In this document: piece after piece, positions 56,835 to 64,000 of the stretch
How the letters are laid out: each line of letters starts with the position of its first letter
How positions within the stretch are numbered: the stretch's first letter is position 1
Source of the DNA: Naegleria gruberi
Taxonomy: Eukaryota
Strand: one strand, 5' to 3'
Length of the DNA stretch: 64,000 nt
NCBI GenBank assembly: GCA_000004985.1
Contig: GG738845.1
Made by a program: the position numbers and the translations under genes
The notes under the pieces: model-generated
The model's database searches: none
What the model was told of the DNA's origin: nothing
Seen by the model: only the letters and a program-made list of their open reading frames with translations

Positions 56835-58559
56835 ATGTTGAGAAAATCACTCACCACTGTATCATCACAAGGCGGAAAAAAGTTGATGTTTGCCAATAGC
56901 AATAAATTGGCTCTGTTCAACAACAATAACATCACTACTTCATCTTCTTCCTTCCATACCGCTTCGCAAAAGTTCGATACAACAAAACCTGCTGCTGCCC
57001 CTATTGCACAACAACAACAACAAAAGGGTAATAATAACAGTGGAAGCGGACAACAAACAAGTGGAGGATCTATGGGTAAAACTGTTGTCATTTCAACACT
57101 CTTGACTGGTGCTCTCGGTGTTGGTTTTGTTCTTTATTTTAATAATTATTTGCAATCACTTGAAAAGAAAAACCAAGAACAAGCTTCATCTATTGAATCA
57201 CAAAAAAAGAAAATTCAAGCTGAAAAACTTGAACAAGATAATGATAAGATTAATTCTATTAACTCTGAATTGGAAGGATTGGAAAAGGCTCACTCTGCTA
57301 AATTGTCAGCCTTGAAGGAAACTTATACCAACAAGATGAATGAATTACAACATCAATTGAATGCTATCAATGAAAAGATTACATCATTAGAAAAGGAAAA
57401 GAATGATCTTTCTGTAACTCTTGAAAAAAATAGAAAGAAACAACTTGAATTGCTCTCCGAAAAGGAAAATTTAATCTCTGAAAAGAAAACTTTGGAAGAT
57501 CAATTAAATAGCTTTAGTAGTTTGAAGGTCAGAAGTACTGATGCCGTTCTCTCTGATATTTTGGGAAGACAAGTTGAAGAAGGTGAAGTCCTCACTGAAG
57601 AAGATAGAGACAAGTTCCTCTCACGTATTCAACGTTTGGAATCTCAAGTTAAGAGAAAGGATAAAATGATTGAACAAATCAAACAAGAAACTGAAGAAAA
57701 TATTCAAAGAATTAAGACTATTAGTCAAGAAAAATTACGTGCTGTTCAATCTGAATCTGAAGAAAGTATTAAGAAATTGGAATCTGAAATGGAATCTGTT
57801 AAAAATGAATATAGTGCTTTAATTGCCAAGGAAAGAGAAACTATTCTTGATGAATTTGAAAAGAAGATGCAAGAACAAGCCCATAGTTTATTAATTGGAT
57901 ATTATGATAGTGTACTTGATAGATCTAAACATGTCCAAGAATTGACAAACAAAGTCTATGCTATGGAAGAAACATTCAAGGTTGCATCTGCTAATTTCTC
58001 AAATAATATTGATTTACAAAACTTGACAGCTGCTGTTTTGGCTTTGCAAGATACTCTTCAAACAAATGCTCCATTCAAGCCAGAAGTTGATACTCTTAAG
58101 AGATTATCAGATAATGATGAATTTTTGAAGGCTGCTTTAGAATCTATTCCAAAATCGATAACAGAATCTGGTGTATTGAAACTTGATGATTTGACATCTA
58201 GATTCAAGATTGTTAAAAAGAAGGCTATCGAGGCATCACTTATACCAGAAGAAACTGGTCTTATGGGTCTCCTCTTGGCCAAGACCTTATCTGTAGGAGT
58301 TGTTGCTGAAGAAGGATTTGTGGATGGTGATTCTTTACCAGCTATTTTATCCAGAGCTGAATTTTATTTAAAGCAAAAGAGATTAACAGATGCTGTCAAT
58401 GAAATCAATAAGGCTTACTGTGTTGCTCCAAAGAATGTCACACAAGTCATTGAAGATTGGGCAACCGAGGCAAGAAATAGACTTTTAGTAGAACAAGTTC
58501 TTGAAACTATGTCATCACATTTGGTCATACAATCACACTCCTTAAAGCAACAAAAATAA
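56835..58559 (+). CDS. MIC60: MICOS complex subunit MIC60 (mitofilin)
   Basis: N-terminal presequence. TM TVVISTLLTGALGVGFVLYF. Long coiled coil. The C-terminal mitofilin domain ...VIEDWATEARNRLLVEQVLETM matches VAQDWLKEARMTLETKQIVEIL. Confidence 0.75.
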   Translation: MLRKSLTTVSSQGGKKLMFANSNKLALFNNNNITTSSSSFHTASQKFDTTKPAAAPIAQQQQQKGNNNSGSGQQTSGGSMGKTVVISTLLTGALGVGFVLYFNNYLQSLEKKNQEQASSIESQKKKIQAEKLEQDNDKINSINSELEGLEKAHSAKLSALKETYTNKMNELQHQLNAINEKITSLEKEKNDLSVTLEKNRKKQLELLSEKENLISEKKTLEDQLNSFSSLKVRSTDAVLSDILGRQVEEGEVLTEEDRDKFLSRIQRLESQVKRKDKMIEQIKQETEENIQRIKTISQEKLRAVQSESEESIKKLESEMESVKNEYSALIAKERETILDEFEKKMQEQAHSLLIGYYDSVLDRSKHVQELTNKVYAMEETFKVASANFSNNIDLQNLTAAVLALQDTLQTNAPFKPEVDTLKRLSDNDEFLKAALESIPKSITESGVLKLDDLTSRFKIVKKKAIEASLIPEETGLMGLLLAKTLSVGVVAEEGFVDGDSLPAILSRAEFYLKQKRLTDAVNEINKAYCVAPKNVTQVIEDWATEARNRLLVEQVLETMSSHLVIQSHSLKQQK

Positions 58560-58643
58560 TTTGTGAAATTGTGAAATAGTTGGTGTAATAAAGAGCTCAA
58601 TATGATATTTAAATATTCGCAGTACTTCATAAAGTTTGTTGAG

Positions 58644-58660
58644 AATTTGGCGCCAATTTT
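58644..58660. promoter_or_regulatory. E2F-like palindrome AATTTGGCGCCAATTTT, about 38 bp upstream of the RRP8 ATG
   Basis: TTGGCGCCAA core with flanking T/A runs, as at 1519 and 29385. Confidence 0.4.
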
Positions 58661-58697
58661 TTAAACCAACAAATTATTTCAAATTCAAACAAAAATA

Positions 58698-59735
58698 ATG
58701 CCACCACACCAAAAGATATTCAACAATAACAGCAAGAAGAGAAAACAAGCTGAGAAGAGAAAGGAAGAAACCGAAATATTTGAAGAGGAAGATGATGAAA
58801 TTGTCATCAAGAAAGTAGAAGATATTTCTATTGCCTCTCCGGATGCAAAGAAAAGAAAGGTTGATAGCAAACCAACAAAACAACAAACTCCAATCAAACA
58901 ACAACAACAGGCACCAACAACAACAAGTAAGAAACAAAACAAAACATCATCATCAACACAACAGGGTTCTTCTTCCTCTCAATTAACATCCCTCCAACAA
59001 GAATTCCAAGAGAAATTAAAATCATCTAAATTCCGTTTCTTGAATGAAAAACTTTACACCACAACAGGTCATCAAGCAAAATTGCTCTTTGAAAAGGATC
59101 CTTCTCTGTTCACTCTTTATCATGATGGATATAGACAATCAATGGAAAAGTGGCCATTCCAACCTGTTAAAAACATGATTAAATATTTAAATGGAAAACC
59201 ATTGAACTGGGTTGTTGCTGATATGGGTTGTGGAGAAGCTGAAATTGCCAAGAATGCAAAGCAAAAGACAATTCACTCTTTTGATTTAGTTGCTGCAAAT
59301 GATAAAGTTGTAGCTTGTGATATGAGAAAGACACCTCTCTCAGAGGAATGTGTTGATTGTGTCATCTTTTGTCTTTCATTGATGGGCACCAATTTTTATG
59401 ATTATTTGAGAGAATCATCGAGGATTTGTAAACAAGGAGGTTGTTTGAGAATTGCAGAATTGGAATCAAGATTTTTAACAGAGGAAACAAAGTCAAATAC
59501 TATGGAAGATGAAGTTCCATCAAAATCACCAAAGAAGAAGATTAACCCATTCGTAAAATTCGTTTCATGTGTTGAACATTTTGGATTTAAATTACAAAAA
59601 CAATCCACACCAAATGGATACTTTGTAATTTTTGAATTTGATAAGGTTAAGCCTTACTCTGAGGTAAAATCCCTCAAAGATCCAAACTTTACCAATCTTG
59701 ATGTCTTGAAGCCATGTATCTATAAGAGAAGATAA
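58698..59735 (+). CDS. RRP8: ribosomal RNA-processing protein 8 (Rossmann-fold rRNA methyltransferase RRP8/NML)
   Basis: [17 protein letters not shown]...[68 protein letters not shown] ... LKPCIYKRR is collinear with human RRP8 (...[39 protein letters not shown]...CLYKRR). Lys-rich N-terminal NoLS-like region. Confidence 0.85.
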   Translation: [345 protein letters not shown]

Positions 59736-59890
59736 TATGTGTGAAATAAATTACATTTTTCTAAAATGAGATACTTTTTGCAAGATGTGAATGGCATGGT
59801 ATGGTACATAATTGGAATTTACAGTTTCCAGCCAAGTTGTTAAAACTTGCAAGTTAGTGTTAGAATTCATTGATAAATGTAACTGAATTA

Positions 59891-59900
59891 TTGGCGCCAA
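59891..59900. promoter_or_regulatory. E2F-like palindrome TTGGCGCCAA immediately upstream of the zinc-finger gene
   Basis: It lies 17 bp upstream of the first in-frame start and about 56 bp upstream of the second Met. Confidence 0.4.
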
Positions 59901-59916
59901 AATTGTTACCGCCACT

Positions 59917-60959
59917 TTGAAAATGCAAACGTTTCAATTTCCTCAATTTAAAAAAATGTCAACAGCATTAAGGATAGCGATTGCTCATCGCAATTCTTCA
60001 CCAATTCAACAACAGCAGCAACAATTAGTTCAAGAAGTACCTCCTTCATCACCTCAAGTAACCTCTCCCTCCCAAACCTTCTACTATGCCAATGGTTCTA
60101 AAGTTTCCAACACACAGAACATTCATGTTTGCAGAATGAAGAATGGATTGGAACATACACCCAATGGAAAGGAAAAGGACGCCTTCAAGTACTATTGTCC
60201 TATATGTATGATGTATTTTAAGAGTAAGTAATTGCGTTCCGAAGTTAGTTCGGTTTATCATGTGATGATAAATTGTAGAAATTTTCAAAGTCGACTGTTG
60301 TTCACAATATATATGTAAATACTGTATGGAAGATATACTGGATCATGGTAAAACAGCTAAATGTTCCTCACTGAGTTGTCCCTATTGTTTAAAGGAACAA
60401 GTAAGGTTTAAACCAGTTGATAAACGAGAACAAGTAAGAAGCTATTCGGATGAGATGCCAAAACCTTCTCCCTCTTCCAAATTGAATAATACGATAATAT
60501 CTAACAACTCGAATAGTTTGAAAACACATGAAACTCCTTATTTCCACAGAAGATGCTAAAGTTGAAGCTCAACGATGCTCCTCTCCTCTCTCAATAAGAA
60601 GTAACAGAATTATTCCACTCAGAAAGACAAAGAGTGAATCTCAAATGGTCATGTTTGATGATTTGTTCTATATTGAAAATGAGCAACCACTGGAAAGACA
60701 ATTGTCATTCTCATCACAAGATGATGGTCCAAAATTGTTTGAAACTAAATTGGACACTACGTTTATTAATGTTGTTCCTGCTAGAAAACAGAGATCAGCA
60801 CCATCAACTTTAGGAACAAGAAAGCATGTTAAGAAACAGCCATTATTTGATAATAACTTTAAAAAGGAAAACGACATTATTCGGGACGAATTTACTCCTA
60901 GAGCTTCTCAAAAGAAAAAGTTTAGAAATCCTGTAAAGGAATGTTGTTGCTTCCAATAA
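59917..60959 (+). CDS. putative multi-exon Cys-rich zinc-finger protein (RING/treble-clef-like); the gene model is uncertain
   Basis: Exon 1 ends ...KYYCPICMMYFK. A|GTAAGT...AATTGTAG|AA (about 55 nt) joins it in frame to ...IFKVDCCSQYICKYCMEDILDHGKTAKCSSLSCPYCLKEQV. The third track ORF (60528..60959) overlaps in another frame. It could be joined by a very short GTTTGA...CCACAG intron (about 34 nt). Confidence 0.35.
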
Positions 60960-60964
60960 TAAAT

Positions 60965-63900
60965 TTATTGAGAATCACCACCTGTTTGATCAATTAGGTC
61001 TGTTTCACTATTGTCATGATCATTTTCTTGATTTGTAATATGTTGGGTGCGATTAGAATTTTCGACATGGTGAACATGTTCATCTATCAAATTCATGGCA
61101 TTCAAACTATTCCTCAATGATGGGGTATTACTAATAACACTTGGTTGCTTGTCGAAATATTCTTCAGTATTATTCAAATCCAATGTTGTTCCAACAACAT
61201 CAGGTGGTTGCAGAACAGTAGTCAATTGTGGTGAGCCACTAGTTGCTGGTTGCTGTTGTTGCTGAAGCTGTGAATCAGTAGTAGGAAGAGTGGCTTTAGA
61301 ATTCTTTCTGTTGAGATTCTTCGTTGATGGCATTCTAGTGTTGTTTGGTTGTTTTTGAGGTGTTTCTTGTTTCTTCAAAGACTTCTTTTTCAACCTCGCC
61401 TCCTCTTGTTGCAAATAATAATTGAGAGATTCAACTATTGGACCAGATGGATTACTAATTCTTCCTTCTTTCTGTTTCTTATCAACAAATTTAACAAGTT
61501 TAACATGGAAACACTCTTGTTGAGTTTCTCTATATGAATTCTTATGATACCATTCTGGTTTCAACCAACTTCCCATCGGATCAAATATTATAGAATAGTA
61601 ATAACGACACGAAGTATCTGTCAGTCTCTTAACCATGAATGCAGTTTTAATCTCAGCTCTATATTTGTTGATTGGCATTTTAGGATTGTTGATGGAACGA
61701 GATATGCACAAGTAAACTTCTTCCTTTCTATCGTATTGACAACTGTAGGCATGAACTAGCTCTCTATTCTTGTGTGGGAATGGCATTTTGAATATTTCAT
61801 GACAAACAGTATGCGCATACTTTCCAACTTTAACGAAATCAATTTGTTGAGATTGAATCAAATGGTCAATCCTGGTACCATACGAGTCGTGGTCAATCCA
61901 GGCATTGAATAATTCGTGATGTGTACAATTCATATCATAAATGTACTTGATTTGCACGTGACGTCTTGAATTAGAAAGGTGATTGTGAGAAACCTCTGGT
62001 GCGAAATAAGTTTTACCACCAGAAGTTTCGAATATAACTCTCCACTGATTCAAATCTTGTAATAATTCCTTTCTATTATCAAATTCCCAATCATTAAATC
62101 TGTGATTTTCCAAATTAATAATTTCAGTTCCACACTTTTCACAAAACAGAATAAATTCCTTCTCATCATCTTCATCTGCACTTGATGATTCTCCTTCTCC
62201 TTTCATGTAGGATCTCAACTGTTCTGGATTTCTCTTCTTTTGTTCCAAGAATTTGCTGAAAATTTTTGATTTGACAAAGCTTGGAAATTCGTGTTTGAGT
62301 GCCCTAACAGACAAATTGTAAAAGTTTTCAAATAGGTCAACTGGACAATTATCTTCATTACATTCATTGAATTTAATTTGAAATGGTCCAAATGCATTCT
62401 TCATGTATTTAAATTTCAATCTCTTTGGAGCATTTTCTGCCAAATATTCCTTCACTAAATGCTTAGCAATTCCAAATCTAACTGGAGAGCTTGCATTATC
62501 CTTGTACTCAATGGCGTGTAAATAGAAAGCCAAAATATCAGCTAATTGTATGAATATTGAAATGTATTGTAATGATTCAACCTTCATAACTACACTTACA
62601 GTTTGGAGTTCCATTTACGAATTCCTTAAACAAATTGATAAATGCTGTATCTTGAACAATTTTAAGGAATTGATAAGTTTCGTGTGAGTGTAAATTCACA
62701 TTTGAGAACATGGCTTCGAATGATTGGTCTGAAACTGTCATTAAAGAAATATCATGGTGTTTCTCTTTCAATAAATAAGTTGAAACCACAACTGATGGTT
62801 TAATTTCCAAACCTTTCACTTCATCAAATTCGAAAATATCGTACACTCTTTCATAAGTCTTTCTGCTGACTTGAATTCTTCCAGGTATTCCCTTCGATTC
62901 CATCACTTGGCAAATTGTCATTATCAATTTTCAAATTACAAAACTTACAATTAGCTATAGTTAATGTTTCTCCCCACAAATCATATGCAAATTTGAGATT
63001 ACCAATACATCCAGCAATAACTGGTCCTGAGTGAATTCCAATTCTAATGTTCAAATTCTTATTTTGTTGCGCATTATATTTTGTAATGACTGATAACATG
63101 TGAGTGGCGAATAGAATAACCTTTTCGGGGTGATCTGACGATTGGTTTGACATGCCTCCTACACAGAAGTAGGCATCTCCAATTGTCTTTATCTTTTCCA
63201 ATCCGAACATGTGTGTTAAATTATCAAATCCATTCACAATGTGATTCAATAATTGAATGAGCTCAGTAGCTGTCAAAGTTGATGACATTTTGGTAAATCC
63301 AACCATGTCACTATACAGACAAGTAACATCATCAAACTTTTCTGAAATACATGTTTCACCAGCTTTCAATCTCACAGCAATACGTTCAGGCAAAATATTT
63401 AACAAAAGAGAATCAGATTTCCTGCGTTCCTCTTCGAGTAGAATTTTAAACTTCTTCTCAAATGTAATGTCTCGCAACAAGATGGTGACTAGATTCTTAT
63501 TTTCGTACATGTAAACAGACAGAGAAACTCCAACAGCTACAGTCGAACCATTCTTTCTCAATGCTTCTAGTTCAACATATTCGCCAATGGATTGCTTGGC
63601 TGAGAACATGACATCGAGGAGCAATTTCAATTTACTAGCTTGTTCACCTTCACCAAAGAGTGCCATTACATCTGTTATTTCATTCATGGCGTATCCTAAC
63701 ATTTTACAAGCAGATTGATTAATAATTTCAACGAGAGTCGTGTTGGTTTTCAAGACAATCACTCCATCAACTGCTCCATCTAAAATAGCTTGTGATTTGC
63801 TTGTTTTACTCTTTTCCTTACGCTCTCCCAAATTGTAAAACAATACGAATTGTTTAATTTCTTCAATATGTGAAATTGTGTCAGTTGGTAGCATGTTCAA

Positions 63901-64000
63901 TAATCTTCTCAAGTGATTGCATTCCTCAGTGTATTTGTTTAATTGAGAATAGTGAAAGAAGCAATTAATGAATATCAAGAATAAGGCTATGATGTAGATG
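60965..64000 (-). CDS. multidomain signalling protein: PAS sensor, class III adenylyl/guanylyl cyclase catalytic domain, RGS domain and C-terminal START-like lipid-binding domain. 5' end is beyond the window. Introns about 62906..62948 and 62542..62599.
   Basis: The frame is open to nt 64000. PAS: AILDGAVDGVIVLKTNTTLVEIINQSACKMLGYAMNEITD. Cyclase: FDDVTCLYSDMVGFTKMSS...IRIGIHSGPVIAGCIG...YDLWGETLTIAN. T|GTAAGT..CCAAG|TG joins it to LMESKGIPGRIQVSRKTYERVY (track ORF 62577..62927). T|GTAAGT..CAATTAG|CT joins that to the RGS core FKEFVNGTPN-S-DILAFYLHAIEYK...AKHLVKEYLAENAP. START-like region: FKMPFPHKNRELVHAYSC...FDPMGSWLKPEWYHKNSY. Confidence 0.7.

Noticed and set aside
1-64000. Prokaryotic-style features: operons, CRISPR arrays, defence islands, integrases or IS elements
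   Set aside because: None are present. The sequence has spliceosomal introns, intron-containing tRNA, monocistronic genes with 5' promoter motifs and eukaryote-specific proteins (SMC4, CHD1, RBBP5, MIC60, PAM16). No direct-repeat arrays and no transposase-like ORFs were seen.

Overview
This window is a gene-dense, AT-rich stretch of a eukaryotic nuclear chromosome, not a prokaryotic locus. I saw no operons, CRISPR arrays, rRNA or obvious transposons. Stop codons are standard (TAA-dominated) and introns are ultra-short (about 40-58 nt, GTAAGT/GTAGGT/GTTTGT donor, YAG acceptor). Several ORF-track fragments therefore merge into single genes: SMC4, RBBP5, a MACPF protein, a PAS-cyclase and a receptor kinase. 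Genes I recognise are a BUB1/MAD3-like checkpoint pseudokinase, a short DEG/ENaC-like channel subunit, an F-box protein, an LDAH-like alpha/beta hydrolase, a CHD1 chromatin remodeller, an RNI-like LRR protein, a beta-helix receptor Ser/Thr kinase, an Sm-like protein, COQ3, RBBP5/Swd1, an RWP-RK factor, SMC4, two large beta-propeller plus RING-like proteins, a secreted MACPF protein, PAM16, MIC60, RRP8, and a 5'-truncated PAS-cyclase-RGS-START signalling protein. There are two tRNAs: tRNA-Leu(AAG) with an 11-nt intron and tRNA-Ala(AGC). A palindromic E2F-like element TTTGGCGCCAAA, or its half-site TTTGGCGG, recurs 20-60 bp upstream of many start codons, notably the cell-cycle and chromatin genes. 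The gene repertoire (many PAS-cyclases, an ENaC homologue, RWP-RK, beta-helix receptor kinases, mitochondrial import and respiration genes) together with the intron style fits a mitochondriate free-living protist; by inference a heterolobosean amoeboflagellate such as Naegleria, but this is unverified. Sub-feature coordinates I derived by hand (splice sites, motifs) may be off by 1-2 nt.
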